Shown piece after piece: positions 14,301 through 27,534 of a stretch of 64,000 nucleotides of DNA. The position numbers and the translations under genes are program-made. Every line of letters begins with the position of its first letter. The first letter of the stretch is position 1. This stretch comes from Blasia pusilla. Lineage: Eukaryota. The stretch is taken from the NCBI GenBank assembly GCA_050084515.1, contig CM114271.1:7688001-7752000 (forward strand). Reading direction: 5' to 3'. Under the pieces are notes generated by a model that did no database searches, was not told where the DNA came from, and worked only from the letters and a program-made list of their open reading frames with translations.

Positions 14301-16516
14301 TCTGGTCTCTTAGAATTCCAGATGGAGATGTAAGCACAGTGTATTAATTTCATTTCGTAAGACCTTCCCCAGGATTTGAGTTACCACACTTGAGGCGTCA
14401 GAAATTTCTGGGAAGGTGATGATAGCACTACACCTAACTCAAATGGCTCTCAGCAGAGGTTCTGCAGAAACATTAGAAAGATGAGGGGAAGTCTCAAATC
14501 CAAGCTTAGGACCTACACTCCCAAAAGTTGAGAAGCCAAGAAGTCATGCTCATGCCCATGCCAAGAAGCCAACCAGGGAGTGATTGAATCCGTCTACCTT
14601 CTTAGAGACACCTTATCATCATAACAGATGCAAACCCTTGATTACAGGTGTTCATTACCCTGACACACTTCCTGAGGTCCTTTCCTTAATCCAGAATTAG
14701 GAAGTGCCCCACTCACTTCTCTAGGTTCCTCAACCTCGCAGACCCTGGTAGGGTCTGAGAGAACTATGTTATGAGGACAAAACTAGAGGTTTAAAGAACC
14801 CAGAGACTGCAGGGGACTAAACCATTTTTTTCTCATATATCAGTTTTTCTGCCTTAGATTAATCATACCAGCTTGTGTCCACTGTAAGAGCTTCACGATT
14901 CCATATCCATTACTACATAGCCCGAGACTTCATTTCACAAAGTAAGATATATTCTGCATTTCATCCCCACAAGCAGGACCCAGGTGGCACCACTCACAAA
15001 TTGATAAGGCGGCTATTGAGAGCTTTGCATTCCTGGATAATCTCATCCTCGTCTAGAAGATCCTCCAGAGTGAAGACATCCTTGTCAAGAACAGACTCGA
15101 CCTGCACACATTCACAGACTTCTCCTAATCAGCGTCATATAATCACAAATCTATTATAACACAACGCTATTACTACACAAGACAAGGCCAAGTGAATTCC
15201 TATGTTCTAGGGGTGGCGTTCATCAGAACCAGCTTCTTCTAAGACTGAACACCTAAACAACAGAACCTCATGTTGTGAAAGCAAGGCAGACATCGCCTGA
15301 AGATCCTCGGCCCTCACTCAAACTTGAACACCATTTCTATAACAATGTAACTTCTCTTAAATCACAGTTCCGACGATTTTGAACAGCAATTTATGCCAAC
15401 AAACATGATTGCTGGTTGATCCGATAGCAACCCTTCTACTGGAAGGAGTATACACCACGGCTAAATCATATGTGGGCACCGAAACGTGGCACAAAAATGA
15501 AAATCAGCAATTATTCCAGAAGTAGACCAACTGAGCTTGAGTGGTGGTACCGCAACCTCTATCACTTTCTAGATCCAGAAGTTTGAAAAAAAACTATACC
15601 CGATTCCTCGACAAGAGATTTACAAGAAGTTCAGAACACAAATTTACGACACAGCTGCAGATCCTTCACTTGCTCTCTAACGCTAATTGCCCCATTGGAG
15701 ATAGGTTTCTTGTTGTATATTTTAGGAAGAGAGTGGACGGGTTGGAACAAGAAAGGCATCAGTGCAGAACTGACAAGCTACTACAACAACTGTATTAAGC
15801 AAGCTAAAAGGAACTCAAGTTAGTGGAAAATCAAAGAATTCATGTGGCGAATGATTTTTGACGTTAAAAGAGGCTTTCCAGAAACATTTGAATTGACAGA
15901 CCAAATGAGATCCACAGACAACAAGCAACCAACAGGACGATATATCCAGGATTCCATTTAAAACGGCTATGCAGAGACCTCACGATTGCCACTAAGACTA
16001 GAAAACCTTAGAAGTGGCTGAAAGAAATACAAAGAAGCGAAAACTTCGCTAACGTGAGAGGACGAAATGGTCGAAAATCAGAACATAGTGGAAGCCAGAA
16101 ATGTTTTCTTCATTAGGTACATCTCATAATCAAAGACGCAACCGGCACATTTTCTCAGGCTTACTTGAGTCACAACGGGTTCAAGGCATTTGTTCCTCCT
16201 GGACAGAAGAGACGAAGCGAACTGAGGTGCCGAGCCGTCAGGTCACCGTAGAGTTCGACATTGACAAGTTGAAATCTCGTTCGAACAATTTTGAGCATGT
16301 CCCCTACTCACGAAGTTCACGGCGTGCCGACGAACTGACGTTATGAAACCCACAATAATACTAGAGTGAAGTGTTCACTACCGGGGACTGTGGTGACAGA
16401 CACAGAAAACTGGAGACAGTTTCACCAACAGCTAAGCAGATCCAGGAGAGAAGAGGAAAGAGATCAAACTATCTTACAGGAGAGGTGGTAGATAATCCAG
16501 CCACGCGCCAAAACAT
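5376..16516 (-). CDS. SAPS-domain protein (SIT4 phosphatase-associated / PP6 regulatory subunit family), multi-exon, ~860-870 aa
   Basis: GT-AG exons read manually, frame-consistent: 16516-16478 (MFWRVAGLSTTSP), 15101-14998 (VESVLDKDVFTLEDLLDEDEIIQECKALNSRLINF), 14096-14010, 13788-13713 (FPFIACEVFTCEID), 13426-13352 (LLAGYFSK), 12982-12929, 12697-12638 (LIGITSIME), 12499-12383, 12131-12037, 11844-11648, 10794-10697 (LPTTYGQLRPPVGIHRLK), 10163-10060, 9565-9400 (YPFNNMLHH), ~8887-8768 (GNMGHLTR), 8114-8032 (NVLENVHQWTCG), 7405-7261, possible micro-exon ~6836-6810, 6737-6667 (VYFDDESAEVVISSLRL), 6267-5376 (ends FNDVNYWRSDY...HL*). These motifs are typical of plant SAPS proteins. Confidence 0.92.
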
Positions 16517-18963
16517 TTTTTTCCAAAAACGTGCAATATCTGAGACTCTTCGCTCTCCAAGTATCCCCGACAAGAACCTGTTTGCAACCAGTGATTCCGT
16601 ATGACAAGCTGCTGGTAAGAGGCAAAGTCTTCCTTCCACCTTTCTTACGCAGAAGCCAGAGTAAACTTTTAGATCAGCAACTCCTTTCGAAAGTCCAAAT
16701 TTTCAGCAGGTTCTTCAGCCCGAAGCAGCCGTAAGATTGCCACGCTATGAGACTCCAGCACCCAGCCACTCGTACGTAGACTCTCCGATGTTGAAATGTG
16801 AAATCGGTCTTTGTCTAAACCATTTCCAACACTGTTCGGTCACTTTTTCTTGCCTCCTGTAACCCTAATGAGCATCTGTCCCCCACCTGGTCCTGTCCCA
16901 GTACCTGGCCTAATCCACACCCTCATCCCCCTGCCTAATAGGAAGAGTTCTTGTGTTCCTATCCTCGTCAAACTGCAGCGCGGCAGCAGACTAAAGACTT
17001 TCACCACGCATCCGCTAGCAAACACGGCCTATATTGAAGCTCGTTCGTAGAGGAACCTGCCCGGCTCTACCGATTCCAAAGTCTCCAAAACTCCATCAGA
17101 TCGCCTCCACAAACCCTAAAATGAAAGAGGTCGAACTCTCAGCTGAAACAATCCTTGCAAGATTTCTCTCGGCAGACAGGCAGTCGGGATGCGGCCCTCG
17201 CAGGCGGGCGGATTCGTCAGAACGAGAAAACAGACAGCAAGGTGTTATCAACAAGCCAACCAATTGCTACCTACTGCGCTCTGCTGGCCTGTCAAAGGTC
17301 CAGTAGCCTCAGCGAGTGCGTAGTAAGTCCAACACCGACACTTCCAGTGCGATGGCTGCAGCAGGCGCTCCGAAACCCAGCAAATTCAATTTCAGACTAA
17401 GCTTTTTCCGCTCACAGCGAGGGGATGGTGCTTCACTCCTCTCGCTCGGACCGCCCGCTACAACGCAGCCGTAGCGACGCAAAACAATGGCAGTCTTCCA
17501 CGCACCTATCTCATCAAAGCCAGGGAGGGAGGAAGGAGGGGGGGAGCAACGACGCACGCAAACCAAACCAACGAGGGCGACCAAAAGTCTCGTCGACAGA
17601 CAACTAGCGGGCACATTCCAGGGAGGACGAGTACCGGTAGTAAAGTAAAAGATCTTGTCACCCCGACGAGTTACACATCTTGTTCCCCCAGCCCCGCGGA
17701 CGGAAGCCGCCAGTATCCGGTCATCCTATATGTAAATGTGACCGTCTGGGCTAACTTTTTCTACCCTCACCGAAGCGGGAGATTTGCATTTTCTCTGTAC
17801 CCTACATCAATCCTTCCACGTGGACCATCTTGCATTACCACAGCCTATGCATGTTGTAACACGGAGCACGGTCCTTTTCCGGTACCCGCAATCACTAATC
17901 AATTGCTAATGACCGCAGTTGTGCATTTACATAACCTGCCTTCACTAATCAGACTCTCTAATAACCGTAGGGTCTCTAGTTTACCGGTGTGGTCGCAACC
18001 GTCCTTTTCCGTAACCTGCCGCACACTCTCTAACTAGTGTGCGGCCTCGAGCAGATCGACGAAGAACGGGAGAGTGGCAAGGTAGAGGATATATGGCACG
18101 AAGATAAGTTCAAAGTTAGTTCACTACACAACAAGTTTTATTTTTGTTGAAAGTTGTATTTTTAGAGGGAGATGAAAGATGTAATTGGATGATAGATAGT
18201 GGGCAGCCCTTGCATTCCATTGCACTCTAATGAAAAAATTAATCTTGTTGCACAAAAAAAAAATCTTGCTACCCCTAAAGGAGAAACATTTCCTTGTTGC
18301 TGGTTGCCACGTGTCAAGCATAGAGGTGTTTACAAATCAAGAAGGCAGTCTCCTATAATCATATAAATCAGTTAGGACATGTGAGGGGACAATGCCATGC
18401 ACGTCCACTCCATGGTCCGTAACCCTCAACGCCCCGTTGCTTAAATGCCCTAAATGCTCTGTTACTTGAATGCCCCCTACCGATGCCACGTATCGCCCTA
18501 CCCATGCATGATTCAAAAGACACATGGTGAATTGTCCCATGTCACCATTTGAAAACCGCTCCTCTATTAATAGTATAGATTGGCTTATGTGCATACACAT
18601 ATTGGTGTATGGCGACCTAATGTGGAAAAACATGTGCATCTCAAATGTCGTGGCAAATATTCACCGGAGGTCAAATCGTGTCTACATTGAGGTAGGAGTT
18701 ATTTGACGTGGTACTATTGAACCTACCAAAATTCCTATCCATTGATCTTTATTTTTTAATGAATAGAAAAACTCAAGTCGATCATCACTAAGAATTCCTT
18801 CGCGTCCAACCTACATGGTAAGGTACGAAAAATTCCATAGACCAATCCATGAGACATTTTGTAAATGAACGTGACGAGACAAGACATATTATTTAGAACG
18901 TGGCGTAGGGCGCAAAAGTAGATGTTGATGTGGGATATCTTGATGAGAAGCCCTTTGAATTGA

Positions 18964-19719
18964 TGTCGTGCGCATACATATCGCTACACAACATACATCG
19001 TTGGTCACATCTACACCACACAACATCGATCTTCCCCACACACAGGTAGATCCACACATGTACAAAAATAAACTCACATATATACATGGAGATCACACAA
19101 CAAAAATAAAGAGTAGTAAAAACGGCACACCCGGCCTAAAACTCCACTCCTCAATCTACATCGGCATATCAAGCCTCGTCCACCCTACGCTATCAAGGAA
19201 TCCGGCCGCTAGCACCCTAGTTCTATCTCACACAGATATAAGAGAGGTGCTCCAATGGCCCAACATGAGAAAGATGGCTTGGGAAAGCCATCTTCCTCCC
19301 TTATATAGGGTTGGGAAGAACCAAAAGGCTCTTCCCCTAAAAATAGCTATCCTCTTGGCAACCTACGCGCACAAGTTACCAGGGGCGGGTCACCTGGTCA
19401 ACAAGTCACCCGGCTGTGAAAGACCTCAACAAGAAAGTTGTCAGAAACGACGTTCTTGACACAATGGACCTACTCCCAACCTCATCTGACACCGTGGGAC
19501 AAAGTTACACTCAAGATAGTCCGCTAGCTCCTACGCCCTATCCACGATAGATCTCGGCCTATCGTCTACTCAGATATGACAGCTGTCGTGCACATACATA
19601 TCGCTATACAACATACATCGCTGGTCACATCTACACCACACAACACTGATCTTCCCCACCCATGGGTAGATCCACACATGTACAAAAATCAACTCATGCA
19701 TATACATGGAGATCACACA
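18964..19719 (-). repeat. 3' terminal repeat block of copy B: B1 (19719-19584), spacer GC, A2 (19581-19099), B2 (19098-18964)
   Basis: 19584-19719 is a direct repeat of 18964-19098. 19099-19581 matches ~27535-28012. The junction reads ...gatatgaca-gc-tgtcgtg... on the + strand. Confidence 0.85.
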
Positions 19720-19797
19720 ACCGCCCCCCTAGCTGGTAGTTGGATCCCCCTAACTTCAGATAGAAAATATCACATCTCTCTAACATAACCTACTATC

Positions 19798-19950
19798 CTA
19801 TACACATCTCAGACACATCCATCGTCCTGTGGGAACTACATCAAGAGGGGGGGTCAGACATGACATATGCCACCCTCGAGAACAACCATCACATACCAAC
19901 ATGGTGGCTGCACCCCTCGCAGATCCGCACAACATACACCTCAAGCTTGC
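19798..19950 (-). other. PHD finger (C4-H-C3) at integrase C-terminus, copy B
   Basis: [46 protein letters not shown] has canonical PHD spacing, including the conserved W before the last CxxC. Confidence 0.92.
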
Positions 19951-21903
19951 AAGTACCACTGCCAAGCTCGGATCCACAGTCTCGTCTACGTTCGAAAGAT
20001 AACATGGCGCACAATTGCGCACATAATCCTTCCAAACCATACCATCCAGTCCCTCCAACATGAGGACTCGGATCGGTAATACCTCACGCACATATAGGAT
20101 CGTGCGCCCTGCAGTGACATCTAGCTTTGTGGGTGCCGCCTACTATAAATACACGTAATCTCCAAGATGAAACCTCCTAATCCTCAATGAATGAATGAAT
20201 GATTGAATGAATTTTATACCTCAATGTATCTCTATGTTGAGCAATAGCTAAGTTCTCAAAGGCCATAGGCATAACTCTACGGAAAATCTCCGCCCTCTGA
20301 GAACACGCTTGTACCCACACATCTGGATCATCAAGATCAAACACCTCTGCCATATAGCTACAGGTAAACCTGCCTCTCTCCCAAAGAACAAAAAGTACGG
20401 TGAAAATGACGCCAAGGGTGCCTGCCGACTAAAGCGATAGCCCATAGCCAACCATGGCAACTCTAGGTCCCACTCCCTCAACTGTCCCTGCTGCAAGCCA
20501 TACTTGCGTAATCCTCTCTTCACCGTATGTACTACTCTCTCCGCTAACCCATCCGCCTCGGGATGATCTCTGGAAGTGGTGCGGTGATCTATCAACGCTT
20601 GATCACACAAGGCCTGAAACTCTCCCCTAAACTCGGTACCCTGGTCAGTCAACACCTCCGCCTGTGCACCAAAATGACTAAGCACACGATCTAGAAACGC
20701 ACAAGCTGTTCCCTCGCTTGCCTTGTCCACTAGTGCCACCAACTCTATCCACTTAGAGAAATGCTCCACCATGACCAACACATATCTATGATGACGCCTC
20801 GTCAATCGCAAGGGTCCCGCAAAGTCTAAACTCCACCGATAACCTAAATCCATTATCGGCAAAGGATGTAACTACGGAGTGGGAGCATTGAAGGATGCTT
20901 GCACTCCGTCACATACCATACATCTGGCCACAAACTGCTGTACCCCAGTATGCATGCCGCGCCACCAATATTGAACCAGGAGTAAGCCGTAAGTACGCTT
21001 TACTCCAAAATGCCCCAACTTCTCATGGGCATGTGCACTACACGTGCTCGCTGGGAAGGATGAGGTACCACTCGTATCCTACCATCTCCCCATACCCGCA
21101 AAATATGAGTCCCCTCCCACCTGAACCTCCTCGCTTGCTGTAGGATCCGATCCCGCTCCCTAGCACTCATTGTGCTCGCTATGACGCGAGTGCGCAAGAG
21201 CTCCACAACCTGCACGTCGTCATGGTTATCACAACCACCTATCGCATCCTCACTAACCTCCAGATCCAAAGACTCATCATCCAACCCCACCATTGGAGTC
21301 ATCACCTGCGACTGACCTATCATAGTCAACCAACAAAGATAGGCACATGCATGCCATCCGGGCACCATCTCCTCATCACTCTCTCCATGCCATCGAGCTC
21401 TTGTATCGTCTCTCTGGCTCGGACATGGGTTACGACTCAACCCATCCGCATCCTGGTTCAGCCAACTTGGCCTATGAACCACTTCAAACTCATACTCTTG
21501 TAGTAATAGAGCCCACATGGCAAGCTTTCCCGTAAGCTTGTCGGACTCCATCAACCACCTCAATGGCTGATGATCAATGATAAGTGTGAAAGGGTTGCCA
21601 AATAAATAGCACCTAAAATGTGCCACGGCCCACACTACAGCCAAGCACTCTCCCTCGTAAGAGCTGTACTTTGCCTCTCCAATGTTGTTTGATCGGCTCG
21701 CGTAAGCCACAATGAACTCCCTCTCCTCGTCATCTCTCTCTGAGTAAGCACTGCTCCTAGACCCAACATGCTTCAATCTGTATGTAACTGGAACGGGCGA
21801 CCCCTAACCGGTCTCTGTAAAATGGGTGAGGACATCAACCTATCCTTGAGCTCCTGAAATGCTCGCTCCTGATTATCTCCCCACAACCAAACCTGATCAA
21901 GTC

Positions 21904-21998
21904 TTGTCAACAAGGTCAAAGACCTTGTTGACAAAAAGTGGGGCTTATATTAGTGGGGATTCTTACCAAAATGGTAAGAATCCCCACTAATATAAGCC
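21904..21998. repeat. Two adjacent perfect hairpins (14-bp and 27-bp stems, 3-nt AAA loops)
   Basis: ttgtcaacaaggtc-aaa-gaccttgttgacaa (21904-21934); ggcttatattagtggggattcttacca-aaa-tggtaagaatccccactaatataagcc (21942-21998). Confidence 0.95.
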
Positions 21999-22169
21999 GT
22001 CTTCGCACTCTCTGCTCGAACGACGTCCCAAGAAGTCCATGGGTGCCTATCTCTCCTCGTCCCACCCCCAGGAAATGCCTATACAGACCCTATGGGAAAT
22101 GGTCCAACTCCTAGACGTGACGGCATGGATGACACTCGCATCCGCCTCAGCTTAGCCATACCTAGGTTG

Positions 22170-23530
22170 ACTATCCATGTGAGACAGTTGAGGTCCATCG
22201 CTTGCCCAAGCACCTATCTCCGGGATGTCTTTGTTGTGACCCTCATAACCAAACAACACCAAATAGGCGCCAAGCGGAACATCATAACTCAAGTGGACTC
22301 AGGCTGCGATGTTTGCGCTTTGGAGAGGCGTTTGGAAAGGTCTCTTGGAAAAGTCCAAGAGATGAAAACGCGGAACAAAGTTGTGTGTTTCATGCATTAG
22401 TGGTCGCGACCAGGAAATCTAGACCAAACGCGAGCCAAGACTTGAGATGAGTTGAGTCTTGGGAGGTTGGTTGCCAAAGAGGTGAGAACCAGTTTGGAAC
22501 ACAACTAGCGTTTGGGAGAATCTGACTGTGTTTAGGACCATAACGTTGAGTTCTAAGATGCGTTTGGGACAAATAAGGGCGCGTTGGAAATCTTATCTTG
22601 AGACGCTTCCAACGCACCAAATGTCTCAGCAAACGCATAAATACAGATTGAGATATTGGCCGAAAAAAATGTTGAGAGCAATCCGGTTGAGGGCCAATTG
22701 GAGAGGTCTGTTGTAGGCTCCTCCAATTCTCGGGTCACCTCATCCCAAATCATGCCTGGCCCTCCCTGACGAAAGGCATGGGATGTTGGGAAGCTCACCA
22801 ACGTAGGTAAGGCTGCCCTCAACTCCCCCACCCTATTGGCCATCGCCAACGGTGGTCTATCATCCCGCTTCACCACCTAAGATCGACGCCTTGAGCCCAA
22901 AATAGCATCTAGTATAAGATGTGGTATTCTCTGGACTCCATCGTATGCTCAACTCAGTACCTCTGATGGTATCAAGTTTGTCCACCATAATCGTGTATGA
23001 TGGGCGCGTGATCCAACTCTTGTTATATCTAACAACACAACAGGTCCCAACCATGACCTCACATGATGCACACTCGTCATCACACGTGCACGAGTGTCTC
23101 CCAACAACGGCACATTCTCCAAAATGTACGTCGGAGAACATGTCTGACTTTCCTGCAAGTGTTGTACTACTCGCAGCATCTCCCAAAACATCCATGACCT
23201 CGGATCTTGCAATCCAAACCCTCGGCTAGCTGATGAATGACCCTGACATGGCCATCCAACAATCACCAAATGAATGGTACCAACTCTATCTAGATCCTGC
23301 GCCCCCCCTAAAGAGATGTCGGCGGGTAGTGTATGTTGATATCCTCGTAATGCGGATACCGGCAACAACTCAGGATACCTCTGGACCATTCTCCCTAAGT
23401 GACGTAATGATACCCGCTACGTGGTCTCATCTCTCTCCACATAAAGGTACCGATCCATCCGTATGGCCGCCTACAATATTGTAGCCAATCCGCTGCTAAT
23501 CCCTCCGAAGATATCTACCACCCTAACACC
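22170..23530 (-). pseudogene. C5 cytosine methyltransferase domain (copy B), interrupted by an LTR fragment
   Basis: VVDIFGGISSG, IHLVIVGWPCQGHS, YILENV, GSRAHHTRLWWTNL, VLGQAMDLNCLTWI; insertion at ~22232-22706 replaces motif IX. Confidence 0.87.
22232..22706 (+). mobile_element. Partial LTR related to the solo LTR at 49853-51163, inserted in the copy B DNMT
   Basis: Starts tgttgtgaccctcataaccaaac (cf. tgtcgcgaccttcatgaccaaac at 49853); shared blocks gcggaacatca, tggtcgcgac, caagacttgaga, gcgtttgggac, gttgagggcca. Confidence 0.75.
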
Positions 23531-26500
23531 CTCCTCTGGACACTACCACACAACGGGTTTGGTATCCAGTGGGGTCAACGTCTCCACTCTAGGAGCCCGA
23601 TCGCCACCTGACTCTCGCTGCTCCGGGATAAAGGCATGACTCTACGCCTGCCCCACGAGGTCGTTGCCACTCCTCTATAGCTCTCGAGTCGTACCCCACA
23701 ATGGTGAAGAGGTCTCGCCAACATGGGTAGAGACACCCGCCATGGTCTGTCTCTCCGTGGGACTATCCGCTACTGGGACATCCTCCGCATGTGTTCCCCT
23801 CCAACAACTCTCTTGGCCTGCTAACACTACCTATGAAAGCTGCCAACGTGGTCATAGACTCGTCTCGTGCTCCACCACCTCATCCCGCAAACTGCACGGA
23901 TAATTGACTCATCCGCCCGTCACTTGACCGCCATCCTAGCCGATAAGCAACAATCTCCTCCCAGAAGTCAAGGATGAATCCTAGGGGATATAACATTGTA
24001 CTCCCCACCAATACATCGTATGACTCAGCTGGTGTCATAATCGCACGTGTGCGCACCATAGCACTATCCGTCGCATGCTCTGACTAGACTCTGACAACTA
24101 TCTCCTGTCGAGTCATATATTGCGTAGGTGACACGCCCCCAATCGAGGTTTGTATCTAGAAGGGACAAGTCTCAATGTCGGCCTTCCGTAACCACAACGC
24201 TAAACATGCCACCTTCTCTAACATCAAGGGTTGCCCTCCTGAATCAAGTAAGACACGTTGCGGGTGGTATACTGTCCCGGTCGGACTAACCAAGCGAAAT
24301 ACTCCAGCTTCGTTATCCAATAACACTACTCAAGGTGTCACCACTGCTCGCTCAAAGGCAAGTCGAGCTGGCATATCTACCAACTTTGCCGCCGCTGCAT
24401 GCCATGACTCTCTGGGGGACGTTCCGAGCATCGGCTCTGAGGGCAAGTCCACCACCTCCTCAACTACCTCCGAACAAGAAGTAGTCACCTCTCCACGCTC
24501 AATCAATGTGGCGGCCATCCGGAACACCTCAGCTGGTCCAACACCCAACGTCGCCAACTCTATGGCGGAAAATAGCGGAGTCTGACTCACTCTAATGGCC
24601 ACCTCCAACATTATGATCCACATTGACTCCACTCGAGCCGGCATAGCAGTTTTTACTCCAACTCCTCATGATGTCGACGTACTTGCATGAGCTATAGGCA
24701 CCGCTGGTCGTCGAGGCACCATCGATGGTGTGAGTAGTGCCTCCAACAATGTAAATGACTGTGGAATCCTGGCTTGCCGCCCATCGGTCCCCTCCGGTGG
24801 GTCAATCCCAACTCCACCTCTCAATGGCTCGGTACCTCTCGTAGCACCCCGAGTCACCACTGCAACTGCCTCAACCTGAGCTACACTACACATAAACCCC
24901 ATACTAGGAAGATCCTCACCCGGATCAAGATAAGAGGTAGAAGCTGGGGCCACACTAGCTGCTCGCGGCTGCGTGCCTTCCTTGAGCTGCATCTTCGTAA
25001 TGGCAGCAATCCTCTGCTCCAACTAATCGTTGCGTGAGAGAAGTGCCGGCTCTGATGCTCTTGCTCCATCTCCTCTGGCTGGTGGTGGTCCTCTATCACC
25101 ATGTACAGGAAGAACTCCCTGACCCCCTCCAAGACAACCACCCCAGGCCCTCGGCCTACCTCTGGACGTGCCTCTCGACGAAGGTCAAAACATGTATCCC
25201 TAGTGTGACCATATCTGTGGCAATAGTCACACTTGTATTATGGTGGGGCCATCCTATGTGGCTCTTGAGAAATCGGAGGCGCTCGTGGTCCTCCCATCTG
25301 TCCCTGCTGGGCAACATATGTAGGTACGGGTCATTGCCTCATAGGCTCACGGTACCCGCCCTCCTCTCTGGGCACACTGGCCAACTCCCGTGGTAATGGT
25401 GCTTGTTGTGGCACCTGTGGGATCACCGTCGCTCGTGGACCCGTAGACTCTCGAGAAAATCCAGCGGTCATTACCTCCTCCTCACTCATCTTGAGCTCAA
25501 TACGCTCAGACAACTCAAAGACCACCTTCAATGTGGGCTTTGTTGTGTGAATCAACACCTCATCTCGGACTCTCCTCCATAGTTTTTGGTCTAAAACCTC
25601 ATACCAATACTGGACTGACTGCACCTCAGTCACACCATACGTAGCAATGATGAGCCTCCTCATGCTCGTGAATGCCTCTCTCAGACTCTCACCTGATCAT
25701 CGCTGAAAATCCTTTAGACTCTTCAGCTTGCCGGTGTGTACGCCCTGGTAGCTCTTTCCCAACTGTCGGAAGAACTCCACTGTGGGATTGAAGCTGGGTG
25801 GCCCTCTACCACCAGAGGTCTCTGCTACATCGTCTGTCTTAGTGCCCTCCTCTCAATCTAGTCTCCAGACTGATGGTGTGGGTCTCTCTCCTCTCACGAT
25901 CCCATCATATACCTCCCGACCACTAGTGGACACATACCCTAGAGCCCAATACATCCTCCAAGAATTGATCTCTACTGAATACTGATTGAAACTCCATGTA
26001 ATCATCCATTGGAGGACCCTCCAAGTGCTGGAACAACCCCTTCCATGCCATGAAAGGGTTGAACCGTGTCGGGGTCCATATCTCTTGGAAGTCGCACCAC
26101 GTGTCGAACTCCCGGATGAAATCATATAAGTCGATGGTACCCATTGCACCCGAGAAACGATGCATGCCCCAATGGCCCATGTCATCCATCTCCTGCCAAG
26201 TGATACTGCCTTCGTCTGCAATCTCATCACCAGACCCAATGTCTAGTGATGTCGATCCAGTCACGGATGAATGTCGAGGTAGCTCCTCGTTGGTAACCCC
26301 TTGGTATCTCACTCCACTCCGTGTCACACCACTACCACTGCTCGCATTACCCCGTTCTTTCAAACCTTGGAAGAACGTCGTGATGACAATCCTGTCTCAC
26401 CCGCTCAAGCCCTCAGACTCACTGAGAGTCTCCCACACTCCTCACTAGCTCACCGATGCTAATGATAATCCTGTGATGGCACACCCGGCCTCACGCACAC

Positions 26501-27033
26501 TCAACACTCGGGCTCACCATGAGCCTCCCAACTGACTCACCTAACCTACCGACACTCTCGGGTCATACATGCGACCCCTACTCGGCAACCGCCATATATC
26601 CACCAACATGCTACACATGAAAAGAGTCTACACTTGTCACCATCACTCCACCCACCAGCATCAGCTCCTACCCAGTACCCAACACTCTCAAACACATAAG
26701 ATAAGTGCGAGAAAAGAGACTCGAATGGGTAATATGATCACGTCCACCAACCTATTGCATCGTCAACATCCACTCCATATGTGTGGCATGAAAACCTCCG
26801 TAGCACAACCATCTCCTCGCACACCCGTCAAACCTCCCGTCAGCATCGGCATGTGTGTCCCCATCTCAACCCTCACAACTCCCCCGAGGGGGGGGGGGAC
26901 TAAATGCAGGAGAGGGGAGGGTAAGGGATAGGCCGCGGCTTTGTCTGCCTCCGCCTCCGGCTCGGAGTCACCTGCAACCTAGCCGCACTTGCAATCCTAG
27001 CCGTGGCGGCTATAAACTCTCGACATGTTCTCC

Positions 27034-27318
27034 CTACACTCCCGTTGTGCGCCGTTCTCTCGACGCTCCAACACTCTACGTTGCACCAGAGCGCTCGATA
27101 TTTTCTCTCTACACTCCCGTTGTGCGCCGTTCTCTCGACGCTCCAACACTCTGCGTTGCACCTAAGCGCTCGATATTTTCTCTCTACACTCCCGTTGTGC
27201 GCCGTTCTCTCGACGCTCCAACACTCTGCGTTGCACCTGAGCGCTCGATGTTTTCTCTCTACACTCCCGTTGTGCGCCGTTCTCTCGACGCTCCAACACT
27301 CTGCGTTGCACCTGAGCA
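27034..27318. repeat. 75-bp tandem repeat (~3.8 units) in the 5' leader of copy B
   Basis: Unit ctacactcccgttgtgcgccgttctctcgacgctccaacactctgcgttgcacctgagcgctcgatattttctct starts at ~27034, 27109, 27184 and 27259. Confidence 0.95.
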
Positions 27319-27534
27319 CTCCTGCGTGACCCCCACTCTGTTATTGTCCCTCGTCAACCTGCACCAGCAAAATCTGAGAAAAACAGACAGCGCTTCCGCC
27401 CACGGCCTTCTAAACAGAAAAATGACCAATGAAACGCCAACCAGCGTCTCTTGGGGCTTCCCACCGAGGCAACTCGCTTGCCTACCTACAAACAAGGAAT
27501 TTCCACCAGCCCCTTGACATCTGTCTCATTTAAA

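Noticed and set aside
20185-20212. (TGAA)n microsatellite in the copy B integrase
   Set aside because: Ordinary short simple repeat in a decayed region.
27034-27318. CRISPR-like array
   Set aside because: Units repeat in full with no unique spacers, the context is a eukaryotic retroelement and no cas genes are present.
26855-27517. Repetitive 220-aa ORF
   Set aside because: A by-product of the 75-bp in-frame tandem repeat; open in several frames on both strands.
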